Source: Ascoidea asiatica JCM 7603
Lineage: Eukaryota > Fungi > Ascomycota
DNA length: 64,000 nucleotides
Reading direction: 5' to 3'
Assembly: GCA_001600695.1 (NCBI GenBank)
Contig: BCKQ01000006.1
Span: 1,089,197 to 1,153,196 of the forward strand
A model generated the notes under the pieces. The model was not told where the DNA came from, did no database searches, and saw only the letters and a program-made list of their open reading frames with translations. Made by a program: the position numbers and the translations under genes. Of the stretch, positions 49,180 to 60,394 are shown piece after piece. Each line of letters opens with the position of its first letter. Positions within the stretch are counted from its first letter, which is position 1.

Positions 49180-49626
49180 TCAAATTTTAGCAGAAGAGCC
49201 TCCACAACATCCACCACCTTGAGAAACCAATGTTTGTTTAGTTTTCTTCACACTTTCATTATCTCCAAGTTCTGTATACTTGTGAATATTAAGTAAATAT
49301 TTCTCTTCATTATTTTCCACTTTTTTGCCCTGAACCACATTTCTTTTTAAAAATGTCGATATTTCATTAAGTTCTTTAATTCTAGTTTCTGCTGGTTTTG
49401 AACCATCAGGGTTTAAAAAACCATCCTTAATTTTCTGTCTTGAAGCACTTAATAACATGAAATCATCTTAAAAAAAAAACGAAAATAATGTTAGTATATA
49501 AAAATTCATTCGAAAAAAGTATAAGATTGAAAAACAGGAATTAAATAACTAACTATTAAACGCAACCTTGGTGGCTCTTAAAGCTTGTCTATATGCTTGA
49601 AGTGAAGAAGCTCTTATTGATGTCAT
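49180..49626 (-). CDS. MZM1: LYR-motif Rieske chaperone Mzm1; two exons, join(49626-49554, 49466-49180), 119 aa
   Basis: Exon 1 reads MTSIRASSLQAYRQALRATKVAFN. The 87-nt intron has GTTAGT..TACTAAC..AAG. The spliced frame continues NDFMLLSASR...FLKRNVVQG...LNIH..TELGDNE..GGGCCG. Confidence 0.9.
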
Positions 49627-50129
49627 TTTCATAGGAAGAAAATAGAAAATACTGGTAGATCTTCAGGTAAATATGTATTGCTATGAATAAGCTCTTTAAT
49701 TATCAATTATTTTCTTCTTGATTCAAGTGTCTGGTTTTTACACAAACAGCTCCTGAGCAGAACAAATGGTTTCTAAGCACTTGGTTTCTAAGCACTTGAC
49801 TTTAGTTGTATCAAAGTCCACTGCGTCGATATTACGATCCGATTACGTAACACTACCGCTGCCACGGTGACTGCACTATTGGGGTTTTCAAAGTAGATAA
49901 GGCTGGGTCACGTGTGGTGATTTTGAATTCGAATGTGGGTAAAATATAAAATATTTTAAAAATTGCAACTTTGATAAGCTGCGTTTGCCTTCATTAATAA
50001 TTTTGTATTTAATATATTTTTATTTTTCTTCATTCAATATTGAATATAATTCAACTAATATTTGAAAGCACTTTTATTAACCTCTTCTTACCTCTTCTTT
50101 CATACTTACCTTCCTAATAATATTTCAAA

Positions 50130-50855
50130 ATGGCACCAGGAGATTTGAATTTAAAAAAATCTTGGAATCCAGCCTTGATGAAAAATCAAAAAAAGGTCTG
50201 GATGAGAGAGCAAGAGGCATTAAAGGAGCGTAAAAAGATTAAAGAAAAAGAGAGAGAAATTCAAATAGAATTAGAAAAAAAAAGGTTCAAAGAACTACAA
50301 AGAAGAAACAAACATATAATAAACAATAGCAGTTCTTCAAATATCATTGAAGATGATTATGATAAAATTGATTGGATGTATAAAGATCCAACTACAAGTG
50401 CAAATAATGATTACTTTTTGGGTAGGAAAAAAATAGATGAAGCAATATTGAATAGAAGTAATAAAGAAGCCAATGATGGAAATTCACAAATCAATAATAA
50501 AAAGGGACCTCGAATATCAAATTTCGAAAGTATAATAAAAATGAATACCAATAACAACACAAAAAATATTGATAGCAATAATGAAAATTTTAATCAATAT
50601 GATAATAAAAATAATAATGATAATCATTCTGTAAATAGAAATGATCCTTTGTTTTTAATAAAACAAGAACAATTTAAAAGGCAGAAATTGAAAAATGTAT
50701 CTAAAAAAATAAGTAAAAATAAGAAAAAAAAACATTTAAATAAGTCCTTATCCAAGTCCTTGTCTAACTCTTCTATTAAAACACGTTTAGACACAAAAAC
50801 TTCTTCAACCAATATTGTCTCTAATAATAAAATAAAAAATGATTCCTTCTTTTAA
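50130..50855 (+). CDS. CWC25: Step-1 splicing factor
   Basis: GDLNLKKSWNP..KNQKKVW, DWMY, YFLG and DPL. Confidence 0.92.
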   Translation: MAPGDLNLKKSWNPALMKNQKKVWMREQEALKERKKIKEKEREIQIELEKKRFKELQRRNKHIINNSSSSNIIEDDYDKIDWMYKDPTTSANNDYFLGRKKIDEAILNRSNKEANDGNSQINNKKGPRISNFESIIKMNTNNNTKNIDSNNENFNQYDNKNNNDNHSVNRNDPLFLIKQEQFKRQKLKNVSKKISKNKKKKHLNKSLSKSLSNSSIKTRLDTKTSSTNIVSNNKIKNDSFF

Positions 50856-51151
50856 TAATAAACAGCTACATTTTTGAACATCGATAAAATAATTTTTTTT
50901 TTTTCAATAAAAAACCAACACAGTCAGTAGTTTCATTACTAAAGCATGATACATTAGTTATATTCAATATTATTTTAAAAATCATAAAAAATATGGGGAA
51001 ATGGAATTGGGTGCTCAATGAAATTTAAATTTTAATAAACAAATGATAAAAGATAAATCAAATTATATTTTTATTATATCATTATATTTTCATTATATTA
51101 TTATATTATTATATTATTATATTATTATATTTATATATAAACAAGAAATAA

Positions 51152-52648
51152 TTATCTTGAAGGACCAGAAATTTGATTAATCATGAAATCTTTAACAATA
51201 TCTAATTTATTAATAACTTTCCATCCTAAAGATCTAACTGCAACAACAGGTTGAAAATCAGTGGAATAAATTTTATGTAATTTATCAACAATACCTAATA
51301 AAGTATGATTTTTAATCCATCTTTCACTCCAATAAGGTTCAAGACATAATAAATTTCCAATATCTAAACCTCTTTTAACACCAGTTTCTATAACTCTTGT
51401 TAAAGCTTCAACATCACCTTGACCCATATTTAGTCCTTGACCAGCTAATGGATGGGTTGTATGACAAGCATCACCTATTAAAGCAATTCTATTAGATACA
51501 TAAGTATCAGCATGAGATAATTTTAAAGGAAATCTTGCTCTTGAATTTTTAATAACATTAATAATTTCCATAGGATAAGTTTGTTGAAATAATTCATCAC
51601 CTAATTTTTTTTTTTTTAAATCAATTCTCCATTTAATTTCAGATATTAATTCAGATTGTAAAGATTTATCATTATTAAAATTTTTTTTTTCAATTAATTT
51701 ATATAAATAATTTAAATCAGGTTGAGATAAAATAAAAGCAGCATTAACTAAATTTATAAAACAATTTGTAGGTAAATTTATCAATAAATTTGATAAATTA
51801 TTTCTTTTTGTTGACCAAACAATAGTTGCATTATCATTTGGTAAAGGTAATAAAGCAATTGGACCAGTTTTTAAAAATCTTTGCCATGCAATTGATCTAA
51901 AATCTTCGTATTTTAATTTTAAAGTTGCAACAAGTCCAAAAGTATTATATGAATAACCTCTTGAAGTAATTTCAGAAAATTTTCTTACTGGGGAATTTGG
52001 ACCATCAGCACCAATTAATAATCTTGTTTTAATTTTAAGATTATTTGATAAAGTTAATATTGGCCAATTATTAATATCATCAGATAAATTGATTTGACTG
52101 ACTTTTGTATTATCATGTAAAATTAAATTTTGGATAGAATTCTCATTTTCATTCTCATTTTTATTATTATTACTATTATTATTAAATAAAAATTGGTATA
52201 AAGAACTTTGTAGATTTATATTCTCACACATAGTTGCAATTTGATTATTTTCAAAATTAATTACTTCATTAGATATTCCATCAATTACATTAATATTATC
52301 ATAAGAATAAATACGATCATGATTTATAAACTTCCAAGAACCAATTTTTTTTAAAAAATTTATTGAAGTTGGAGTTAAACTACTTATTCTATTAGTGAAA
52401 TCAATTGGAGGATTTAAATGAAAGTTTTTGACAGAAGTTAAATCAGAAGATTCAATTATATTAATTGAAAGATTTTTTGTATAATTTGATGATTTTAAAG
52501 ATGCTGCAAGGGATAAACCTGCAGGACCAGCACCTACTATCGTTATATCAGAGATAATGGTATGATTTACAGCAGAAGCTAGAGTTCTAATTGTTGTTGA
52601 AGATAACAATTTCTTAGCTGTTTTTGAAAAGGAATGGCCAGGAAACAT
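51152..52648 (-). CDS. COQ6: Ubiquinone biosynthesis FAD monooxygenase
   Basis: GAGPAG, GADGPNSPVR, AWQRFL and GDACHTTHPLAGQGLNMG. Confidence 0.95.
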   Translation of the reverse strand: MFPGHSFSKTAKKLLSSTTIRTLASAVNHTIISDITIVGAGPAGLSLAASLKSSNYTKNLSINIIESSDLTSVKNFHLNPPIDFTNRISSLTPTSINFLKKIGSWKFINHDRIYSYDNINVIDGISNEVINFENNQIATMCENINLQSSLYQFLFNNNSNNNKNENENENSIQNLILHDNTKVSQINLSDDINNWPILTLSNNLKIKTRLLIGADGPNSPVRKFSEITSRGYSYNTFGLVATLKLKYEDFRSIAWQRFLKTGPIALLPLPNDNATIVWSTKRNNLSNLLINLPTNCFINLVNAAFILSQPDLNYLYKLIEKKNFNNDKSLQSELISEIKWRIDLKKKKLGDELFQQTYPMEIINVIKNSRARFPLKLSHADTYVSNRIALIGDACHTTHPLAGQGLNMGQGDVEALTRVIETGVKRGLDIGNLLCLEPYWSERWIKNHTLLGIVDKLHKIYSTDFQPVVAVRSLGWKVINKLDIVKDFMINQISGPSR

Positions 52649-53415
52649 TACTAAGGTATTTTTTAAGATAAATGAAATATTTTTTTTGTCTTTTGTTTTC
52701 GTTTTGATTATCTCCTAAGAATATAAAAGTTATAAATATATTTATTATTCTGATTATTTGAGTTGAGATCCTGAATAATTATACAAATTGAAATCGAATA
52801 ACGTTAGCCCATTAGTTCAATAGGTAACGTTAATAAAGTAGAGTTGCCAATAGACACCATAAAAAACATGACCCACAAAAGCGGTCTCTGCTTTTTATTT
52901 TGGTTACCCTCCCAAGCAAAACTGCCAGCGGATATTCTGTGGAAACAATTATCCGGGCACGGATATTTTAAGTCACGAGATGCGTGCTGGGCTTTAATGG
53001 GAGAACGTGTATGTGCTATGGGTGTTGGATGTAGTGCCCTCACAAACGCTTCTGATAATGCAGAGATTCAATTAACGTAAGAATACCACCCGTAGCTTTT
53101 ATTAAATAGAAATCCAAAAACCAAGAAAAGTAAAAAAAACATTAGCTTTGCAGTAGTAGAAAAGAAGTACAATAAAAAAAATATAAAGCATCAAGCAAAA
53201 AAAAAATAGACACAATAGGAATATAAGCTCCTATACAAGTTTTTATCTACCTCATATAAAGTTATTTTGAAAATTTTTTAGATATACAAATTTCTTCTAG
53301 CTAAGACTTAACAGTAGATTAATATTTTTTTTCCCCTAATTAACCTTATCAAAATATAAAAAACATAAAATAGTTTATCAATTATTAATTGTTTTTTATT
53401 AACTATAAAGTTTCG

Positions 53416-53484
53416 ATTACAAAGTATCAATTACAAAGTATCAATTGCAAAGTATCAATTACAAGGTATCAATCACAAAGGTAT
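53416..53484. repeat. 14-bp tandem repeat ATTACAAAGTATCA x~4.8 upstream of CKB1
   Basis: Copies at 53416, 53430, 53444, 53458 and 53472. Confidence 0.85.
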
Positions 53485-53531
53485 AATTTCAGATTATTTT
53501 TACAAATTATTAACTGTACAATCATATAAAA

Positions 53532-54794
53532 ATGTCAAATTGGCCTGCAAGGGATATGGAAGGTGATGATAATTTGTCTGCAGATAATGATGACGAAGAT
53601 TTTGATTCCTGGATAACTAATTTTTGTTCATTATTTGGTCATGATTATTTTGTAGAAGTTTCAACTGAATTCATAGAAGACGATTTTAATTTAACTGGTT
53701 TATCACAATCAATACCTCATTATAGAGAAGCTTTAGATGTAATTTTAGATTTAGAACCAGAAAGTGAAATAAATTTATCCAATATGCCAATAATTGAACA
53801 TAATGCTGAAGTACTTTATGGTTTAATTCATGCAAGATTCATTTTAACAAAACCTGGTTTAACTTTAATGGCTGAAAAATATGAACGAAGAAAATTTGGA
53901 GTTTGTTCAAGAGTTGCTTGTGAAAATATGCATTTATTACCTGTTGGTTTATTTGATACTCCAGGACTTGAAACTGTACGATTATACTGTCCTTGTTGTT
54001 CAGATATTTATTTTCCAACTTCTTCAAGATATTTGAATATAGATGGTGCCTTTTTTGGTACTAGTTTTCCAGGTTTATTTGTTAAAATGTATCCTGAAGT
54101 TGAAAGACAATGTGTTGTAAGGCCTAAAGATACTTTTAGTTTAAAAGTTTTTGGATTCAAGGTTAATGAATTAAGTACAAGTGGCCCAAAAATGAAATGG
54201 CTTAGGCAATTTCCAAAATCTAAAGAAGAATTACAAGAGTTTGAAGCATGTGAATTTTCAATACCATTCCCTAAACTTGGTGAAAGTGATAGTGAAGATG
54301 ACGAAGAAGATGAAGAAGAAGAAGAAGACGATGATGACGATGACGATGATGAAAATGATGATGACAATAATAAGAACAATACTACTACTACTAGTAACAA
54401 TAACAATAATAATAATAGTAATAATAATAAGAATAAGAATAGCAATAATAATAATGATAATGATGCTAATTTAAATAGCAATGAACTCAGTGAGGCTTCT
54501 GAATCTGAAGTTAGCGAGGCAAGTAAAAACTCAAAAAAAAATATAACAAAAGATAATGATTTAACTTTGAATCTGAGTAACAATAAAAATTCTAATATAA
54601 TTAGTTCAAATTCAAAATCGAACTCTATTCAGAAATTGCAAATACAAATACAATCAAAATATAAAGCAAAATCAAAATTAGGATCAAATTCAAGTTTAAA
54701 AGAAAAACAAAAACCAAAGTCAAAATCAAAACAATCAATATCTTCAATTCAGGCTCCAAGTCAGGATGAGCTTATGTCTAGTTTTGTACAATGA
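53532..54794 (+). CDS. CKB1: Casein kinase 2 regulatory subunit beta
   Basis: EFIEDDFNLTGL, LYGLIHARFI, zinc finger CSRVAC..LYCPCC and IDGAFFG; long acidic/Asn tail. Confidence 0.9.
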   Translation: MSNWPARDMEGDDNLSADNDDEDFDSWITNFCSLFGHDYFVEVSTEFIEDDFNLTGLSQSIPHYREALDVILDLEPESEINLSNMPIIEHNAEVLYGLIHARFILTKPGLTLMAEKYERRKFGVCSRVACENMHLLPVGLFDTPGLETVRLYCPCCSDIYFPTSSRYLNIDGAFFGTSFPGLFVKMYPEVERQCVVRPKDTFSLKVFGFKVNELSTSGPKMKWLRQFPKSKEELQEFEACEFSIPFPKLGESDSEDDEEDEEEEEDDDDDDDDENDDDNNKNNTTTTSNNNNNNNSNNNKNKNSNNNNDNDANLNSNELSEASESEVSEASKNSKKNITKDNDLTLNLSNNKNSNIISSNSKSNSIQKLQIQIQSKYKAKSKLGSNSSLKEKQKPKSKSKQSISSIQAPSQDELMSSFVQ

Positions 54795-55660
54795 TCAATA
54801 TTTTCTTAATTGTAACTTATAATTGTAATTCAATAATAAATAATTTTAATACATTAATAGAATCAACTATTCATTACACTAAGTTTTACATGTCTATTTT
54901 TTTACAGATTATCATTCACTTTTTACATTTTACATTTTTACTATATTTAATTTAACTTTATTTTATATTATTTTTTTAATTATTATTTCACTAATTGTTT
55001 TAAATCTTTTTCATCCTACTTTGATTTTTTAAATTGTTCTACTCCAAGCAGACTTCATTCAATAATTATATAAAATTTAGAATCTTTCTTTCCTTTCCAA
55101 CTCTACTTCTCTTACTGTAACACTACTACCAAAATCAACTGTCAAATCAAACAAGATTTCATTCTCAAATTCAAATTCTCCTTTTTCTGGCGTGGATCCC
55201 AAAAGAGCAGGTTTTAAAACCAGGAACCACTCCAATGGATCCCGCAAGTTTCGTAGAATTTGTTCATTGATAACGCTCTGATTGTGTTTTGATTTGAGTC
55301 AAGCATCCGTAGAGTAGCACCCGTAAAGTATTTTCAATATTATTCAACCAACTCCTAGCAAGAAGTATTCTTTATTTCATTTATAGTTCACAGTTGATAA
55401 AACTAATATTTTTTTATTCGAACCAAGCCAAACATTTCAATTTGAGAATACCAATTTTAATCATATTCTTTTCACTTGCTTAAAAGTTGAACCAAAAAGA
55501 AATTGGCTTCTTTAGATGCTTAGTGTTATAACTTAGTTTATCTTTCACTTGTAAACTTTTGAAAATTTCAAATATTGGTCATTGCTATTATAATAATATA
55601 CTGCATTTCCTTTAAGAAGTCAGACATTTTCAATAGGAATTAAAAACATAATTTATAATA

Positions 55661-58561
55661 ATGGAAAATATTGAAATATGCAGTACTATTGATAAATTTT
55701 TCGAGAACAGACCTACTATTTTATATCCAATATATGTAAGTTCCGATATAACTATAGATGAAAGCACTTCACTCATAAGCAAAAGTAAAATAGATAAAAA
55801 GAATTCGAAATTAAATAATGATGATTTTGATATCGAAGTAGAGGCAATATACATTGATGTTTTAGATCCTATAAGTAAGAAGACTATAAATTTACCATGT
55901 ACTACAAATAAATGTTCTCATTTGCAGTGCTTTGATTTTTCCACTTTATTACAATATAATAACTATATTGATATTATAGAGCCTTTGGCTATTGAACATA
56001 AAAAAAATTCTTCACTCAGCTTAAAGGACCTTGTAAAAGCTAATTCAAAAGAAAAAATAAAGGAAAAGGAAAAGGAAAAGGAAAATAACATAGAGATTAA
56101 GAAACATGAAAAAAAAAGAGAAGATAATCAAACACCAGAAAAAAATAAAAGTATAAAGGAAAACCATAAAGAAAATCAAAATCAAAATCAAAAAGAAAAT
56201 CAAAATCTAAATGAAAGCGAAAACTTAAATGAAATTAAGAAAATAAAAGAAATTCAAGTTCAAATTAAATTTCAAAACGAGAAAGAAAATCACAAAGAAA
56301 AAAAAAATAAGTGTGAAAATAACAATGAAAATGAAAGCAAGCTTGAAAATCACAATAAAGATGAAAATAAAAATAAAAAAGAAGAAAAAAGTAGTGCAGA
56401 CTTTCCTAAAGGTAAATCAAAAAATAATGACCAGGAAAAACAAGAAGATAACTCAAACAATATCTCAAGTCAGAATTTGACTGGAAAATCAAACTCTCAA
56501 GTAGATACTACTTTATTATGCAATAAAAGTACTGATTTAAAGCATATTCCAAAAAAACTTAAAAAGGATTCAGCTCTTCCTCAAAAACAATGTCATCAAG
56601 ATAATATGATTTCTCTCAAAGAAACAAAATTAACCAATAAAGTTAATTCAAGGATAGATGAAAGGGATCATTTTCAATATAATGAAATAGATTTTAAATC
56701 TAATTTTATTGATCTACCTTTAAATTTTGCTCATAATAAACTCTCAAATGGAGTCATAAATAAAAATTTAACTTATTCTGACATTATAAATAAAAATATT
56801 AAAAAGATAAATAAAAAATATGATTTTTTGAAAATAGCAAATAATTCAAATTACTCGAAGTTCATTGAAAAAAGTTTACTAATTGAAAACAAAAACTTTA
56901 AACTAAAATTAGGTAAATATAAATCAAAAAATTCATTTTATATTAATAGATCATTAATCGAATTAATCAATAAATTTAATAATTCTATTAAAAATTATTT
57001 TGATGAGTTAGTTAAAAAATTAGATGATTTACAAAAAGAAGAAATTGAATATTACTCAAATAGTTATGAATATTTGAAACTTTTAGATGATATAACTCAA
57101 TTAAAAAAATCAAAAGTTGATAAAGAAAATAATTCACAAAAGGAGGGTGGAGTTCTTTTAGACAAGGAAATAAAAATTAAAATGAAAGAAATAAATAAAA
57201 TCATTAAAACATTGAAAAAATCAGTCAAAAATTTTGAGAAGTTATATGATAGTATATTTAAGACTAACATAAAATGTACAATGTATAACAATGGAAGTTT
57301 AAATAGTGAATTAGTCAATTTGAAATTAAACGATTTAAAAATGGAAGATATTGATAAAGATGTAAGAGAAATCTCATCATTATTTTCATTTTATGACACT
57401 TATGCCAATAAAATATCTGATTACAATAATACAGATTTTGGATTTACAGTAATTTCACCATTATATTTAAAATGCCCAATTTGTGATAAAAAATTTAATT
57501 TATTTAAAGATTTAAAAATTGGTTTTAATATGATAAACTTTTTAGTATTCGATAAGTTTATAGAAAATGAAAAATATAATAAAGTTGTAAAAGTTAATGG
57601 AGATGGATATTGGGAAATAATAAAAGATAACACGAAAAAAGATAAAGATAAAGATAAAGATAAAGATAAAGATAAAGTTAAAGATAAAAATGAAGATAAT
57701 GATAATGATAATGATAAAAATAAGGAAAATTATAATGATAATGAGAAGGATATTGGAAAGGACTTAATAGATAATATGGAAGAAGGGCAGGAAGAAGTAT
57801 ACAATGGGAAAAACAACAAAGTGTGGGGTCCTACTGGAAAAGACATAGAGCATTCGATTTTGATTGAAGATTTTGATGAAAGTCAAAATAATTATTGTAG
57901 TGATGAAGTTAAGATTTATGATAATGATATGAAAAGTTTCAATAGTCAAAACGAAAATTATAAAAGAGATAAAATAAATAAAAAAAGAAAAAGAATAGAT
58001 GAGAAAAGTTTAAAATCAGAAATAGCATTTGAATCTGTTGATGAATTTGGCGTTAATAAAATTGGTAAGACTGATAAAACTGATAAAATCGGCAAAATTG
58101 ATAAATTTTTAGTAAAAGGATTAAAAAATACTAAAAGAACCAAACCGAATATTGATTTAAGTAAGATCAAAATTACTACACTTGAAAACGCATTAAATAA
58201 GAATTTGGATAAATTAAAGAAATATGAAGATTTATTCAAGGAAGATTCAAATAAAGGATTAAAATCAGCAAAGAAAAATGACGATGACGATGACGATGAC
58301 GATGACTATGACTATGACGATGACTACGAAGAAGAATATGATGATCAGTATGATGAAGAATATGGGACAGATTATGACAACGGAATCACATTTTTAGATT
58401 TTTCAAAATCAAATTCAAAGGAAGGTTATGTTCCTTTAGATGATGGTTTAGACTTTGAAGAATTGGGAATAATGGGTTATAAAGGAAAAGGAGTATTTAA
58501 GCTGAAGTCTGCATTTTATCAAGCTGGATCTTCAAAAGATGATCCTTTCATTATTGATTGA
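55661..58561 (+). CDS. Siz/PIAS-like SP-RING (MIZ finger) protein with split domain
   Basis: LDPISKKTINLPCTTNKCSHLQCFDF near the N-terminus. LKCPIC...DLKI...VKVNGDGYW at aa ~603-650. Confidence 0.7.
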   Translation: MENIEICSTIDKFFENRPTILYPIYVSSDITIDESTSLISKSKIDKKNSKLNNDDFDIEVEAIYIDVLDPISKKTINLPCTTNKCSHLQCFDFSTLLQYNNYIDIIEPLAIEHKKNSSLSLKDLVKANSKEKIKEKEKEKENNIEIKKHEKKREDNQTPEKNKSIKENHKENQNQNQKENQNLNESENLNEIKKIKEIQVQIKFQNEKENHKEKKNKCENNNENESKLENHNKDENKNKKEEKSSADFPKGKSKNNDQEKQEDNSNNISSQNLTGKSNSQVDTTLLCNKSTDLKHIPKKLKKDSALPQKQCHQDNMISLKETKLTNKVNSRIDERDHFQYNEIDFKSNFIDLPLNFAHNKLSNGVINKNLTYSDIINKNIKKINKKYDFLKIANNSNYSKFIEKSLLIENKNFKLKLGKYKSKNSFYINRSLIELINKFNNSIKNYFDELVKKLDDLQKEEIEYYSNSYEYLKLLDDITQLKKSKVDKENNSQKEGGVLLDKEIKIKMKEINKIIKTLKKSVKNFEKLYDSIFKTNIKCTMYNNGSLNSELVNLKLNDLKMEDIDKDVREISSLFSFYDTYANKISDYNNTDFGFTVISPLYLKCPICDKKFNLFKDLKIGFNMINFLVFDKFIENEKYNKVVKVNGDGYWEIIKDNTKKDKDKDKDKDKDKVKDKNEDNDNDNDKNKENYNDNEKDIGKDLIDNMEEGQEEVYNGKNNKVWGPTGKDIEHSILIEDFDESQNNYCSDEVKIYDNDMKSFNSQNENYKRDKINKKRKRIDEKSLKSEIAFESVDEFGVNKIGKTDKTDKIGKIDKFLVKGLKNTKRTKPNIDLSKIKITTLENALNKNLDKLKKYEDLFKEDSNKGLKSAKKNDDDDDDDDDYDYDDDYEEEYDDQYDEEYGTDYDNGITFLDFSKSNSKEGYVPLDDGLDFEELGIMGYKGKGVFKLKSAFYQAGSSKDDPFIID

Positions 58562-60394
58562 ATTAATTTTGAAACCTTGATAAAATAAATTTTTGATTCT
58601 TTGTATTTAGTTTATTTGTATTTTAATTTGAAAATTAATTGAAAAAATTTATGTAAAATTAAGGTAAAGGTACTTTGCACAATACTACAGCGCTGCACAT
58701 TTAGATTATTAAGAATAACCCAAAGTTAAATACTGTGAATTTAAAACCAGGGTCCTGGAACATGCATGATAGAGTTAACGCCTGTGCAATATGTATATAT
58801 TTCAAAGAAACGGATGTGTTTTAATTTTACTTTCCCAAAATTTCGTGAACATTTATTGGCTTCCTGGAGTACCTATATCAAAAATTAATCTTCAATAATT
58901 TTGCTAAACTGGAACATATTTGCATCTAAATATTTTCAACAACCTTGTAAACCGTAAATGTCACATTAAAAGTTGTTTTTAACCAAGATTAATTGGAATT
59001 CTCTGATATATCACTTACTGGGAAAAGAATACATCTTAGTTACTCACCCAAAGAACCTTTGAAAGATTAAAGTTGAAACCCATACTGTATTTAAGAAGAA
59101 GCCCAAAAGTTAAAAGCCTTCCGAGGGGGTGGACTGTAGGCGGAAAATCTCTCACTCCAGAAAATACATTTTGATGTTGAAAATAGCCGGCTGTTCCTAC
59201 AAGTTACCAAGACTTGGCGCAGCTAAAATATTTACAACTTATGCAACACACACTCAAATCCAAATCGGGACACCTTTCTCTTAACTTTCAGCCAAAAAGC
59301 GTGTATGAAGCATGTTTGCGTGCAATGAAAAAACTATGCGCTAGCAACTAAAAGTTGATTTTACGGTATTGCAGCTTAGTACAGTCTTATTGAACCTGAA
59401 ATAACTTGGGTTCAAAAAAGAGGGTACCAGATCATGTGAACATACATTGTTATTGTTTCAGGAGCCCTGTAAATTTCGGAACACTGGTGTAGTGGACAAG
59501 GGAATAGTTACCGGTCCCTGTTGTTTGACGCGCCATGTCGAGCCTCGAAGGAGCCCTAAAAAGCCCAAAAGAACCCGCGAGGATCTAGATTTTGGAACCC
59601 AGGAAGAAAGCAGAGAAAGTAGAGATAAAAAGAGTCAGGCAGGTAGTATTACTACAATAGTATTAGCTTTCTGCCGTTACAAAAACGCTTTCAATAACGT
59701 TACTTGTTCCAGTGCGCCAGTATCACCGATATCTGGGATCTGTGTTGCCATACTCCAGAGCATGCTGGACAGGATCTATCAGAGTATTGGTGTATTATGA
59801 TAGTACTGAAGTATATTTGTGCTGAATCGACTACTGACTGGTAATGTTTTCGTAGTTGAAAAGTGTGAGGTAGTTTCAATCATTACCAGAACTTCACCTG
59901 GAAGAATTATTATTCTTCAAAGAACAGTGCAAAGTTATTCAGTTGAAAAAATCACCATCACCACAATCAGAAAAATTAGATTCAATATCTTTGTTATTAG
60001 TATTCCACAACGTTCTTGCTTCCTGGTTCTTGTTTCCTGCTCGTTTACTTTTCATTTTTATATTCATTTTCTTTTTCTTTATACTTTTCCCAAATCTTCC
60101 GTAGTATATGAGTTTGTCAATCTGATGAAATTTTCAAGATCCGAAAATAAAATTATCATATACGGTATAAACTGTATTATATTATAGATTAAATATATAT
60201 ATCGAAGATTCTCTAAATATTCATTATAAATCAGTTTCATTATTTTAAAACAATTGTCACTAATTAACACACTTCTTTCACATACTACGTATAATATTAC
60301 TAACAAGTACTACTGTATATTCTAAACTGTTACCTGTTACCTGTTACCTGTACTGAAGAGTTTCTGTATTAGTTTTCTTCTTTTTCAAATTGGA

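Noticed and set aside
55134-55144. ATCAACTGTCA matches the reverse complement of the 17-bp array (telomerase template?)
   Set aside because: Only 11 nt, shorter than one unit and plausible by chance.
55940-57460. Intein or intron as the SP-RING insert
   Set aside because: No Cys/Ser start with HN end, no LAGLIDADG motifs and no evident splice signals; the frame is open throughout.
59447-60306. ORFs of 117, 122 and 75 aa
   Set aside because: Non-ATG starts and no motifs; they lie in the promoter or leader of the 60395 gene.
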